Below, piece after piece: positions 40,775-50,450 of a stretch of DNA of 64,000 nucleotides. The notes beneath the pieces were generated by a model that was given only the letters and a program-made list of their open reading frames with translations, was not told the DNA's origin and made no database searches. Every line of letters begins with the position of its first letter. Position 1 is the stretch's first letter. This DNA is from Candidatus Nanoarchaeia archaeon (lineage in GTDB: Archaea > Nanobdellota > Nanobdellia > Woesearchaeales > DATDXC01). The translations under genes and the position numbers were made by a program. The DNA is taken from assembly GCA_035289425.1 (NCBI GenBank), contig DATDXC010000032.1, positions 22,550 through 86,549 of the forward strand. Reading direction: 5' to 3'.

Positions 40775-41852
40775 AATCTTTAATCAGTTTCTTGTACGCC
40801 TTTTCATGGTTATATCCCATGATCTCCAAAGAATACTTTTTAAGAACCAGGTTCCTGCAATCCTTCCTCATTAATCTAAGCTCTTCCTTGTCTAATGACA
40901 AGAGTGCTTTGGTGATCTCCTTTTCATCGCCTTCTTTTAACAATATTCCTGTCTTACCCGAAGTGATCAGTTCTGGTGTCCCTCCTTTGTTTGTGGCCAT
41001 GACTGGTGTCCCGCAGGCAAGTGACTCTACCGGAACCAGAGAAAAAGCCTCATCCCATCTAGTTGGCAACACAGTCAGGTCAGAATTGGCGTAGTGCTTT
41101 GCTATAGTTTTCTGGTCCTTCACGAATCCTATCCACTTAATGCACTTATCACGCCTCGTCAATCTTTGTAGGGGTTTCTTCAGGTGTCCATCACCTATGA
41201 TGCGCAAAGTAATGTCCATCTGCTTGCTGACTTTTCTGACAGCCCGTATCAGCACATCTATGCCCTTTTCAGGCATTACCTGACCTACAAATATCAGGTT
41301 GATCCCCTTCTTGGTTGGTTTCTTAACAGGTTTTAGTATAGTAGTATTAACTCCCGCATATATCAAAAGAAGCTTTTCCTGGGGAAGTTTGATGCGTGAT
41401 TTGAGCTGGGCTTGCACAAAGCGGCTGATACTATTAATGGCCTGCACTCTGCGCAAGTTTCGTTTGAAGAGACCGAAGTAGTTGAACCAGACTTTATCAA
41501 AAAAGAATCTTTTGGAAGCAACTGCAACATGAAGGGTGACTATGATGGGCACCTGTAACTTCCTAATTTCTCGAAACAGGACGTCCATGGTGCCAGAGGG
41601 CCAATGATAATGGATTATATCGGGCTTAAACTTCTTCAAGGCCTTAACAATTCCCAACGGATGGTAGACAACCGGAGCCAAGCCAAACAAAAGTATGGAT
41701 TTGGCCTGATACAAAGAAGGCACATTCTGCTTCACCCATTTTGACTCTGAGATTAGTAAAACTTTGTGCCCTTTGGAAGTCAGATAATTATAAAGATTGA
41801 GGCAGTATGATCCTATCCCCCTGATTCCAGAGGTGAGGAGGGCGATTCTCAT
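40758..41852 (-). CDS. glycosyltransferase family 4
   Basis: A GT4 fold with the EX7E-like region 'GGTPELI'. Confidence 0.7.
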   Translation of the reverse strand: MRIALLTSGIRGIGSYCLNLYNYLTSKGHKVLLISESKWVKQNVPSLYQAKSILLFGLAPVVYHPLGIVKALKKFKPDIIHYHWPSGTMDVLFREIRKLQVPIIVTLHVAVASKRFFFDKVWFNYFGLFKRNLRRVQAINSISRFVQAQLKSRIKLPQEKLLLIYAGVNTTILKPVKKPTKKGINLIFVGQVMPEKGIDVLIRAVRKVSKQMDITLRIIGDGHLKKPLQRLTRRDKCIKWIGFVKDQKTIAKHYANSDLTVLPTRWDEAFSLVPVESLACGTPVMATNKGGTPELITSGKTGILLKEGDEKEITKALLSLDKEELRLMRKDCRNLVLKKYSLEIMGYNHEKAYKKLIKDFKSSN

Positions 41853-41892
41853 TTTGAGGTATTTTATCCTTTGAACTTAAAAACTTTTCCGA

Positions 41893-43032
41893 TCATTTTC
41901 CTGTAAGGTATTTTTGTGTGGGAATCTCTTTAATGGGTTGTTTCTTAGACAGATGATCATACAAATCCAAAGCATCCAAAACTGCTTGGTCCATATTGAT
42001 GTAACGATAGGTAGCAAGCCTGCCTGCAAAATATACATTCTTGACGTTTTTTGTCAGTGCCAGGTATTTCTTGAAAAGAGCGTGATTTGCCTTGTTGGGA
42101 ACCGGGTAGCAGGGCAGGCCTTTCCACATAGGATACTCAGTACAGGTAACTGTTCTCTTTGTCTTAAGCATGAACAACCTTCGGAAGTCCGTAATCCTTG
42201 TATATTTGACATCATTATCCGGGTAGTTTACCACACAATATTCCTGAAAATCTTTTTTTCTAGTCCTAAAAACAAACTTGATGCATCGATAATCCAGTTT
42301 TCCATAACGATATCCAAAGAACTGGTCAATCTTACCAGTGAAAATGATATTCTTGGCCTTCCATCTTTTTTTAAAGAAATCAGTGTTTAGCTTAACGGTG
42401 ATATTCTGATTCCTAAGCATCTTCCTGAACAAATGAGTAAATCCCCAGGAAGGCATGCCTTGATATCCGTCATTGAAGTAATGGGGATTAGTATCGTATC
42501 GTATGGGTAACCGTTCAAGAACAGATTTGTCCAATTCATCAGGATAATGGTCCCATGCTTTCTTGGTGTAGTTCTTGACGAATGCGTCGAACAGTTCAAC
42601 GCCAAATCGGGAGATAACCACATCCTCAGAATTTCGGATCTTCTTCAATTTCTTAGCCTTAGTGTCCAGGAATGCTTTTAGTTCTACCTCATTCTTGAAA
42701 TCCTTGTTATAGAATAGGTTTACTGTATCCCTGTTTATGGGAACAGGATACAGTTTTCCGCGATAGAACGCCACTACCTTGTGTTTGTAGGGCTTCCAGG
42801 TAGTAAATTTTGATAGGAAGTCGAAAGCTCTCTTGTGGGGAGTATGGAATATATGCGGGCCATATTTCTGGATAAGGACACCGTTCTTGTCTCTGTAATC
42901 GTAGCAATTTCCGCCTATATGGTCCCTTTTGTCTATAAGCAAAACTTTCTTGCCATCGTTCGCCAGGTTATGCGCAAGTGTCAGACCAGTTATACCTGCG
43001 CCTACAATCAGATAGTCATAATCAGTATCCAT
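41893..43032 (-). CDS. glf: UDP-galactopyranose mutase
   Basis: An N-terminal FAD Rossmann 'YDYLIVGAGITG' with an overall UGM-like length and motifs. Confidence 0.8.
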   Translation of the reverse strand: MDTDYDYLIVGAGITGLTLAHNLANDGKKVLLIDKRDHIGGNCYDYRDKNGVLIQKYGPHIFHTPHKRAFDFLSKFTTWKPYKHKVVAFYRGKLYPVPINRDTVNLFYNKDFKNEVELKAFLDTKAKKLKKIRNSEDVVISRFGVELFDAFVKNYTKKAWDHYPDELDKSVLERLPIRYDTNPHYFNDGYQGMPSWGFTHLFRKMLRNQNITVKLNTDFFKKRWKAKNIIFTGKIDQFFGYRYGKLDYRCIKFVFRTRKKDFQEYCVVNYPDNDVKYTRITDFRRLFMLKTKRTVTCTEYPMWKGLPCYPVPNKANHALFKKYLALTKNVKNVYFAGRLATYRYINMDQAVLDALDLYDHLSKKQPIKEIPTQKYLTGK

Positions 43033-44377
43033 TGGATTGTCTTGAAAGGAAAACCTCCTTCATGCAGTTGACATCAGTCGGTTTATGAAAAGCTTTCCAT
43101 CCAAGCTCTTCCGCTGCTTTGCTGGAATTGGCGATTAGCTCTGGAGGATCACCAATTCTTTTCTCCCAATCAATTACAAATAAAGCTTTCTCAGACCCCC
43201 ACTGCTTATCCAATAATTTCAGCTCATACGGTGCATTTGATTTATACTTAACTTTGTATTTCTCGCCTTCGTCCTTCTTATCTAAGTGGATCAACCTGGC
43301 TTCCACCGCTGAAGTAACATACGTTAAGATTTCCATGTTAGAGTATCCGTGACCAAGGGATAAATTAAAAGTACCGACAGCTTGCAGTGCCTTAAGATGG
43401 GCATGCGCTAGGTCCATCACATGGATATAGTCCCTCACACAGGTACCGTCTTCTGTTGGGTAATTAATACCGAATAAAAGCAGGAAATCGCCCTTTCTCA
43501 GTGTGTGTTCTGTATGCTTACCTCGTGCAATACAATCCATAGCCTTCGGAATCAGATGGGTCTCGGGAGTATGGGCCTCCAAAAGTTTTGTGCTCGGGTG
43601 AACTCCCCAGACATTGAAGTACCTCAGGATGCAACAATTCTTACTAAACTTTTTAGAGAAGAACTCAAGACAGATTTCATTAAGCGCCTTAGTCCACCCA
43701 TATACGTTCACCGGCTGCCGCAACCTGGTAAGGGATGAGGGAGAAAGTATATGGTCCCAGAGGTCCTGATTTGACGCAATATTCCGCTTTATGATGTGAA
43801 GTAAATACCTATGAAGAGATTCTCCCTCTTTCCTTCCGCCTTGCGTTTTCGCAGCTGCCAAAGCAGATTCAGTATTGTTAGTAAGAACAGCTTCTTCTGA
43901 GAATCCGCTGTTTACATGCAGTGCTCCATACACTGCAGCAGTGGAAGATTTTACGATTGTAGAAACGCCTGCAGCATAGAGTTCAGGCACAATCCGTATG
44001 AAGGTGATAGAATTGTTCTGTAGATAATCCTCGGGCCTCATCATTGAAGTGCCTGCTTCGATAAAGGCTGCAAAATCTATACATGAGTCAATTTTCCTCT
44101 GTTTGATTATGTCTGCAAGCAGGTACTGTTTTGAATCCTTGATGCTTCTGAAGTGGGTATGCTGCAAATTGCCTGCAAAGAACATGAATTCTTCAGAACC
44201 CAGATGAATGCCTGAAAGCTGCTCTACAGCCTTGAGAGCCCCCCTCCTCCCATTATAGGCAGGGTCATCCACAATATCGATGACTGTCACATGGTGTCCT
44301 TTTTGCAGGAGCAATAAGGTAGTGTGGCAACCTATATAACCAGCTCCACCCAATACTAGTATGTTTCTGCGCTTCAT
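43022..44377 (-). CDS. NAD-dependent epimerase/dehydratase (UDP-glucose 4-epimerase-like, extended)
   Basis: Has an N-terminal Rossmann motif 'VLGGAGYIG'. Confidence 0.6.
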   Translation of the reverse strand: MKRRNILVLGGAGYIGCHTTLLLLQKGHHVTVIDIVDDPAYNGRRGALKAVEQLSGIHLGSEEFMFFAGNLQHTHFRSIKDSKQYLLADIIKQRKIDSCIDFAAFIEAGTSMMRPEDYLQNNSITFIRIVPELYAAGVSTIVKSSTAAVYGALHVNSGFSEEAVLTNNTESALAAAKTQGGRKEGESLHRYLLHIIKRNIASNQDLWDHILSPSSLTRLRQPVNVYGWTKALNEICLEFFSKKFSKNCCILRYFNVWGVHPSTKLLEAHTPETHLIPKAMDCIARGKHTEHTLRKGDFLLLFGINYPTEDGTCVRDYIHVMDLAHAHLKALQAVGTFNLSLGHGYSNMEILTYVTSAVEARLIHLDKKDEGEKYKVKYKSNAPYELKLLDKQWGSEKALFVIDWEKRIGDPPELIANSSKAAEELGWKAFHKPTDVNCMKEVFLSRQSNGY

Positions 44378-45408
44378 ATTGAATCGATAATTCTTTGAAG
44401 TTTTCCCACGAGTTCGGAATTGCCGTATTTTATAAACCTTTTGAGACCCTTTCGGTATTCAGAAAGGTTGGTGATAAACCCCTCAATTGCCGATGAATCC
44501 ACATCAAATACATATGTACCGAACCCTTGTCGTTTAACTTCCATAGCGTTCAAAACCTGCTCGAACTGCCCCCTAATCGGGATGGAGAGTATCGGTTTAT
44601 GCAAGAAGATGGCTTCAGAAATGAGCTGAAAACCACCGTTAGTTATGACTGCTCGGCATGACGCCAAATCTTTTACAAAATCGCCCTCATTGAACTTCTT
44701 AAAGATTATGTTGCCTTCCTTTCCTGACCTTTTGCCATAAAATATATACTGGTGAGGGGTACGCCTTAATGCAGGGATAAGCTTTGAATTGCTTTCAGAT
44801 GTTTGGTATACAAAAATATAAGGACCTGATTTTGATTGAGCAGCCCTGATGCTATTCCTTATGATAGGTGGCAGCACGATGACGTTTTTAGCTCTTGGTT
44901 TTGCCGGAAAAAAAGAGGTTATCACATACTGTTGTGCATTGCTGATTATGAATGACATCACCCATGCAGAAAGCCGGTGGGTTTTCCTGAATTCTTGAGG
45001 GATATGCACAATACATTTAGCGCTTACATGCTGATTATCTAAGGAGATGAGCAGAACTTTAAGGATATACGAAAGGTAGTTTGAAAGAGGTTCAAAATCT
45101 GAGATAATTACTTGGGGGCGGAATCGCAGAATTGCCTTAAGTTTACTTACAAAGGATAATAGGATAAAAGGAAACCTAAAGAGGTTTCTGATAAATGAGG
45201 CAAAAATGTTCACGCTGTTGTTAGTGTACACTAAGTCAAAGTCATGAATTCTCAGAATGTTGCGGTGGAATTTCTTGAGGTGGTCATAACGCCTGCCCCC
45301 TGCCAGGAGCAATACTTCATGCCTCTTTGCTAATTCCGGAACCATTACTTCGGCTCTGGTGGCGTGTCCCATGCCCTCATTTGCTATGCTATAGAGTATG
45401 CGTGTCAT
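44374..45408 (-). CDS. glycosyltransferase (GT1/GT28 MGT-like)
   Basis: The N-terminus 'IANEGMGHATRA' is typical of MurG/MGT-like glycosyltransferases. Confidence 0.55.
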   Translation of the reverse strand: MTRILYSIANEGMGHATRAEVMVPELAKRHEVLLLAGGRRYDHLKKFHRNILRIHDFDLVYTNNSVNIFASFIRNLFRFPFILLSFVSKLKAILRFRPQVIISDFEPLSNYLSYILKVLLISLDNQHVSAKCIVHIPQEFRKTHRLSAWVMSFIISNAQQYVITSFFPAKPRAKNVIVLPPIIRNSIRAAQSKSGPYIFVYQTSESNSKLIPALRRTPHQYIFYGKRSGKEGNIIFKKFNEGDFVKDLASCRAVITNGGFQLISEAIFLHKPILSIPIRGQFEQVLNAMEVKRQGFGTYVFDVDSSAIEGFITNLSEYRKGLKRFIKYGNSELVGKLQRIIDSI

Positions 45409-46031
45409 GATAGCTCTTTGATGGCTTCAAAAACCCGTTTCCGTTCAGATAAGTGAGCTGCGTATATGGGATTTCCAACTTTCATGGTTGCCTTTTTCCC
45501 TTTGTAAGATAAGCCAACTGGGTAGATAGGTAATTTTTTCCTGGTCTCCTTCTTGTAAGCTATGGCAAGTCTTACCACACCATCCTTGAAATCACCAAAT
45601 CTGCCTTTCCTTTCGCTTCTTAGATATGATTCGGGGAAGAACACAATAGCATTACCTTGCTTCAGCAAGAATAAAAGATACGGGAAAAGATCTTTATTTC
45701 TTGCAGGATTCCTTTTGTCTATGGGGATAGCACCAATCCTCAGCATAATCCATTTCATGAAATGAGAGTCTGCAAGAGATTTCTTTGAGTCTGGCGAAGT
45801 TATGTCTGCAATCCAGAATAATTTTCTCCTGATCTGGAAGCCGATAATGTATTGATCTGCGAGCTTTTCATGATGAGATGCTATGAGCAGGGGTCCTTGT
45901 AGGGGGATGGTGCCTGCGCACTTAACTGAATGCACGCCTAATAGAAAAAGGAGTATATGATGAAAAAACCTAAGTACTCCTACGAAAAAAGAGTTATAAT
46001 GGTCAGTAAATCGGTACACGATGGCGCTCAT
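45405..46031 (-). CDS. acyltransferase (PlsC/lysophospholipid acyltransferase-like)
   Basis: Has an HX4D-like 'HHEKLAD' and a 'FPE' motif. Confidence 0.5.
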   Translation of the reverse strand: MSAIVYRFTDHYNSFFVGVLRFFHHILLFLLGVHSVKCAGTIPLQGPLLIASHHEKLADQYIIGFQIRRKLFWIADITSPDSKKSLADSHFMKWIMLRIGAIPIDKRNPARNKDLFPYLLFLLKQGNAIVFFPESYLRSERKGRFGDFKDGVVRLAIAYKKETRKKLPIYPVGLSYKGKKATMKVGNPIYAAHLSERKRVFEAIKELS

Positions 46032-46072
46032 ACAATAGCAATCGATTTCCTGTTATTTAAATCTATGGCGGT

Positions 46073-48349
46073 TTACAGGTATGTACCTAAAAAAGATATG
46101 ATCTCCCTTACCATTCTAGGAAGAGTCTCCCCCTCAAACTTCAGAGCAGGCAGTGTGCTTTCCCTTACCAAAACATGATTTACGTTGGGATATTTGCGGA
46201 TCAGGATTGCCCCGATTTTTCGATAGTGCTCATCCAATTCCTTCATGTTCTTTCCCTGGAGAGGTTTTAGGAACTCATCATTCAACCCATAGAAGAATGC
46301 TTTAGGGATGTCTTTGATGAACCTCTGCCAATAGTGGCTGAAAAAATCAACTGAATGGCTGGCATCGGCAATCGCCTGCTGGAAGTATCTTTGGGTGTTT
46401 GGTATGAGCCAGTCAATCCTCTGAATCTCGTTCTGAAATTCTTGCATAAGTTGATGATCTTCCTTCTGAGAGGCTGATTTCAGCGACCGCAGCAAACCCT
46501 CTTTTCTTCCCTGCAGGTTACTCATGGCAAGAGCATACCTATCTTCTATGCTCTTCTTTTCCCTGCTCGGATTGGTCATTTGACCTGCGATATATTCGAC
46601 AAAATTCAAATAATCAAAGGGATTCTGCACATTATGTAAGTACTCAAAAAAGTCTATAGTGTCTTTGATGATGAGGCCAATATATTGGACTTCGTCTTCT
46701 TTGGCAACATACTCGTATTTGTGTGAGCTCCTCCAATCAGCTATTTTAAGAAGTACGTTCACAGAACAGGTGACGAGCGATGCAAATTTCTTGAAGAAAG
46801 CCTTATCTTTATTGCTGAGATAGTCGACCAATTTTCTTGGCATAGCTGTCTGCAGCCTGCTTGGAGGGGCCATGAGCACTGCCGCATCAATCCATGAACC
46901 GTGAGCAACCCTATTCAACCCTTCCAGAACTAGTTTTTTTAGTTCAGCATATTCTTGAGAGTTCAAAGCTGCTTTGTATCTCATGTCCTTCAGCATGTCA
47001 TCCGTCATCTGCGCGGCATCTAAACATGAACTTATTTCCTGTAACCTCTGGATGAGGTTGGTCATGTGATAATAGAAAGCATCTTCCACTTTTAATGAAT
47101 ACCCGGCCATGGCAAACACTGCTGATCCAGCACCAGTGCTGTGGGCAACAACTGCCACTTTCTTAGTGCCTCGTTTCCTCAAGAATTCAACCGCTTCCTG
47201 GATATACTCTGCGTTTCTGCCATACCGAAATGCCTGGCGATCCTCCCCATGCGCACTCATGTCTATGGTATAAGCGATGTACCCTTCCAGAGCAAGGAGC
47301 CGTGCCAACCCCAGTTGTGTTTCCTTGTTTCCTTGAAAACCGTGCATCAATACAACTCCTTTCTGAGGTATAGGGTTATTTTCAGGAAAGACCAATATGC
47401 CTGGTTGGGAGGTCAGCCTGGTTTCACGGATGCCTGGAAATTCTTTAGCATTTGAGGATCTCAAGTTAGAGATACCATAACTGAGTTGTGTGGCGTATTG
47501 CACCAATCTTTTTGCGTTCACTGCGTCCTGAAAGATGAAGGTATCTGTCCGCAATTTCAGTCTCTTCAGCGCTGCCAACAGGTCGTCCAAATCAGTCACC
47601 TTATTGGCTTGCAGAATGGTCAGAAATGTGATATAATGGGCAATACGGTGAAGATTTCTTGCTTCCTCTATACTGATATTCGTCTCGATGTACAAGAAAT
47701 CGTTTATATCTGTCCGGTACCTCTCTAAAAGCAGGCTCAACCGTCGTGACAGGAGCAATAATGAAGCCGGCCCCGGATTCCGATCCAGTTCTGCTATTAA
47801 CGATTGCAGCTCTGCTTCGAGTGGGTGCTCCTGCATGGAATCGGTCGCCGCAATGCCGGTCTTCTGCTCGATCTTTTTTGCCACTTGCCAACCCTTTCTC
47901 AGCTTTGTAACAATAAAACCTATAGGGGCCTGTTCCCTCGTCAGCCGTCTTTCCCTCCGATATTGAGATTTAAGGGCAGCTATGACATTGCCTTGTATAC
48001 TCTGCGCTATTTTTTCCAGTTGCTCCCTCAATCGAGAATATGAGATTGCCCTGCTTTGGCTCAAGAGATTCTGTATTGACTCGATCTTTTTGTACTCAGC
48101 CCGCTCTGCCTTCCGTTTTGCATCTTCCAACTCAGTCAAGATGAGGTCAATATTTTTGATGTATGTACTAATGAGTGTTCGAAGGTTAGCTACGTCCACA
48201 ACTTTTCTCTTGGCAAATAGTTCTATGTGCTGGGACAGCTGCCAATCCAAACGTTCTTCGGCAAGTTCTCTGCTAAAAAGATCCCGGCTGTCCAAAAGCA
48301 GACCCTGTTCTACTGAGTATTCAGAAGCTAACTCATTCTTAAGAGGCAT
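46073..48349 (-). CDS. large hypothetical protein with central alpha/beta-hydrolase domain
   Basis: Contains an 'AHSTGAGSA' GxSxG motif and 'VVLMHGFQGNKE'. Confidence 0.5.
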   Translation of the reverse strand: MPLKNELASEYSVEQGLLLDSRDLFSRELAEERLDWQLSQHIELFAKRKVVDVANLRTLISTYIKNIDLILTELEDAKRKAERAEYKKIESIQNLLSQSRAISYSRLREQLEKIAQSIQGNVIAALKSQYRRERRLTREQAPIGFIVTKLRKGWQVAKKIEQKTGIAATDSMQEHPLEAELQSLIAELDRNPGPASLLLLSRRLSLLLERYRTDINDFLYIETNISIEEARNLHRIAHYITFLTILQANKVTDLDDLLAALKRLKLRTDTFIFQDAVNAKRLVQYATQLSYGISNLRSSNAKEFPGIRETRLTSQPGILVFPENNPIPQKGVVLMHGFQGNKETQLGLARLLALEGYIAYTIDMSAHGEDRQAFRYGRNAEYIQEAVEFLRKRGTKKVAVVAHSTGAGSAVFAMAGYSLKVEDAFYYHMTNLIQRLQEISSCLDAAQMTDDMLKDMRYKAALNSQEYAELKKLVLEGLNRVAHGSWIDAAVLMAPPSRLQTAMPRKLVDYLSNKDKAFFKKFASLVTCSVNVLLKIADWRSSHKYEYVAKEDEVQYIGLIIKDTIDFFEYLHNVQNPFDYLNFVEYIAGQMTNPSREKKSIEDRYALAMSNLQGRKEGLLRSLKSASQKEDHQLMQEFQNEIQRIDWLIPNTQRYFQQAIADASHSVDFFSHYWQRFIKDIPKAFFYGLNDEFLKPLQGKNMKELDEHYRKIGAILIRKYPNVNHVLVRESTLPALKFEGETLPRMVREIISFLGTYL

Positions 48350-48384
48350 AGAACTGCAATTGAGTATCTGTATATAAAAAGGTT

Positions 48385-48409
48385 ATGCGCCGGCCGGGAT
48401 TCGAACCCG
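48385..48409 (-). repeat. partial duplicate of the tRNA-Gly 3' end (intron-less T-arm plus acceptor 3' strand)
   Basis: In tRNA orientation it reads 'CCGGG-TTCGAAT-CCCGG-CCGGCGC-A'. It is identical to the 3' part of the tRNA-Gly gene at 49209-49229 but lacks that gene's 29-nt T-arm insert. Confidence 0.6.
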
Positions 48410-48461
48410 GATAGCAAGTTTTAAATATTTTCCTTCTTTTTCTAATCCCACTCGTTGTACT

Positions 48462-49241
48462 ATGATTAAAAAAAGACTAAGTCTTTCGGAAAAGAATTAC
48501 ATCAGAGAGATGGTTCAATCCGGCCTCTCGTTGAAGAATATTGCAAACCGCACAGGAAAAAGCAAAACAACTGTTTACTACTACTTTAGAGACATAAGGG
48601 GTAGAACTATCCTGCCCATAACAATAAATGAGGAGAAAAGTGAGCTAGTGGGTGAGTTTTTAGGGATAGTTGCTGGTGATGGCTGCCTGAATAAAACTAA
48701 ACAGCACCATTATAGAGTCTATCTTTTCTTCAATAAGAAGGAGCACGCATATGTCAGAGAGCTGTATACTGCTCTTTTTTATGAGCTTTTCAAGAAGCAG
48801 CCTTCCCTATTTGACCGGAAAGAGAGGGATATATTTATCTTATATTTCTGCTCCAAAGAGATTTATTTTTTTGTCAAGAGGTATCTTACGTGGGATATGA
48901 CTACCAGAAAGAGCCATTCGGTGCACCTAAAATCAAGGAACCACACTACCCGATTTAAGATTGGTTTCTTAAGGGGGCTAATCGATAGTGATGGTTATTT
49001 GTCCAACGACAGAATTGTGTTCAGTACGAGTTCTATGAAATTGGCTGCTGATATTATGCAATTCCTAGATGAATTACATATCAGTTATGGTTTTCACATC
49101 TATAAAGAAAAGAGAGAAAACAGGGTGGATATGCAACACATCACCATCAAGAGAAGAGACCGGAACAAATTTTTGAAGGTCATAAAACCCCGCGAAAGAA
49201 AAAATATATGCGCCGGCCGGGATTCGAATTTCCGGACTTAA
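48462..49241 (+). CDS. LAGLIDADG homing endonuclease (double-motif) with N-terminal HTH
   Basis: Motif 1 'LGIVAGDGCL' and motif 2 'LRGLIDSDGYL', with an N-terminal HTH 'SLKNIANRTGKSKTTVYYYF'. Its last 11 codons are antisense to the 3' end of the tRNA-Gly gene. Confidence 0.8.
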   Translation: MIKKRLSLSEKNYIREMVQSGLSLKNIANRTGKSKTTVYYYFRDIRGRTILPITINEEKSELVGEFLGIVAGDGCLNKTKQHHYRVYLFFNKKEHAYVRELYTALFYELFKKQPSLFDRKERDIFILYFCSKEIYFFVKRYLTWDMTTRKSHSVHLKSRNHTTRFKIGFLRGLIDSDGYLSNDRIVFSTSSMKLAADIMQFLDELHISYGFHIYKEKRENRVDMQHITIKRRDRNKFLKVIKPRERKNICAGRDSNFRT

Positions 49242-49340
49242 GGAGAACCTTAAATCTCCCGGATAAACGGCTTGGAAGGCCATTGTCATTTACGGCAACT
49301 TTTACCCATGTAAAAGCTGTAGCCATTAGACCACCAGCGC
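49209..49340 (-). tRNA. tRNA-Gly (anticodon TCC) with two putative non-canonical introns (D-loop ~34 nt; T-arm 29 nt between positions 53/54)
   Basis: Acceptor GCGCTGG/CCGGCGC with an A discriminator, and anticodon arm ATGGC-CTTCCAA-GCCGT. T-stem 5' CCGGG is separated from TTCGAAT-CCCGG by a 29-nt insert containing a GGAGAACC...TCTCC hairpin. The D-stem GTCT/TGAC is separated by a 34-nt insert. Confidence 0.6.
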
Positions 49341-49366
49341 ATGAAAGCACAGAATTAAAGTTTCGT

Positions 49367-50395
49367 TTATAAATGTTTCCTGATATTTTTTAGGAACTGT
49401 TCAAAATGTTCTTTCTTCACCGATGCGCCACAAGCATACTCATGACCACCTCCGTAGCCCTCCACATCTTTCAGGGCTTCCTGGAGGATAGAAAGCAATG
49501 GTTTTCCATAGCGCAAGCTCATCTTCACTGCATCATTCTTTTGCCTGCCCACAATGATCAGCTTGTCAGGGAATTTGTACATCAGCTCATTGGCCAGATC
49601 TCCGCTAAAGCTGGTCTTGCTCGACGGATAGATGTAACACAATAAGGGATCTTTTTTGACGTGCTTCTCAGCCTCTTTGATAAGTTCTGCATATTCTTTG
49701 TTTACCCGGAGAAATTTCCGGTAGAGGAATGTTCCCTGCGGCGTTGTCTGATCCAGAATTTCTGAAGGTGATTGGATCCGTGTTAGAATCTTATAGCATT
49801 TTTTTATATCTTGGGTGTCTCCTTTCAGGATGAATGCAAATATGCGTGTTAAGGTGCCGAGTTTGGAGTTATGCAGGATAGCTCCTGGATCTTTAGAACC
49901 TATCTTTACCAAGTCAGGGTACTGCTCTTTAAATACGGGCATAAAATCAGGGTAATACCAATCACCAGTGCAGCCGACTGCAGCAATCCACAGATCCTGC
50001 TTGACAACCTGATAACACAAGTAGGTAGCGGGTGTGTTGTCATGCGGCGCCTTGATGCGAGGATTAAATATCTTAAGTCCATGCAGTGGAATTGGCTGGT
50101 GGTGGTCGATCCATACAACAGGCACCTTTACCTTATCGATGAATTCCTGGTCAACCACTGCCAGATCGAGTATAAATATCTTGTCCGGGCTGTATTCTGC
50201 CACCTTCGGAAGGAATTTTTCATCTACCGTGGGAGTAGTGCGCTTTACCACAATCCCGTTGCCCTCCTTTTTATAGCGATAGAAAAGAAGAAATGAACAC
50301 ATGCCATCCGGATCATCATGGAAAAAATAGAGCGGATTCTGGCAATTATCAAGTTCTTCCTTTATTGTTTTGACTTCATCATCAGTTAAAGGCAT
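49367..50395 (-). CDS. DHH-family phosphoesterase (RecJ/NrnA-like)
   Basis: Has 'DPDGMCS' and 'IDHHQP' DHH motifs. Confidence 0.7.
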   Translation of the reverse strand: MPLTDDEVKTIKEELDNCQNPLYFFHDDPDGMCSFLLFYRYKKEGNGIVVKRTTPTVDEKFLPKVAEYSPDKIFILDLAVVDQEFIDKVKVPVVWIDHHQPIPLHGLKIFNPRIKAPHDNTPATYLCYQVVKQDLWIAAVGCTGDWYYPDFMPVFKEQYPDLVKIGSKDPGAILHNSKLGTLTRIFAFILKGDTQDIKKCYKILTRIQSPSEILDQTTPQGTFLYRKFLRVNKEYAELIKEAEKHVKKDPLLCYIYPSSKTSFSGDLANELMYKFPDKLIIVGRQKNDAVKMSLRYGKPLLSILQEALKDVEGYGGGHEYACGASVKKEHFEQFLKNIRKHL

Positions 50396-50450
50396 GAGCT
50401 GGGCAATAGGATGATTATATATAAGGGTTTCTAAAAACGTAAACTATTTA

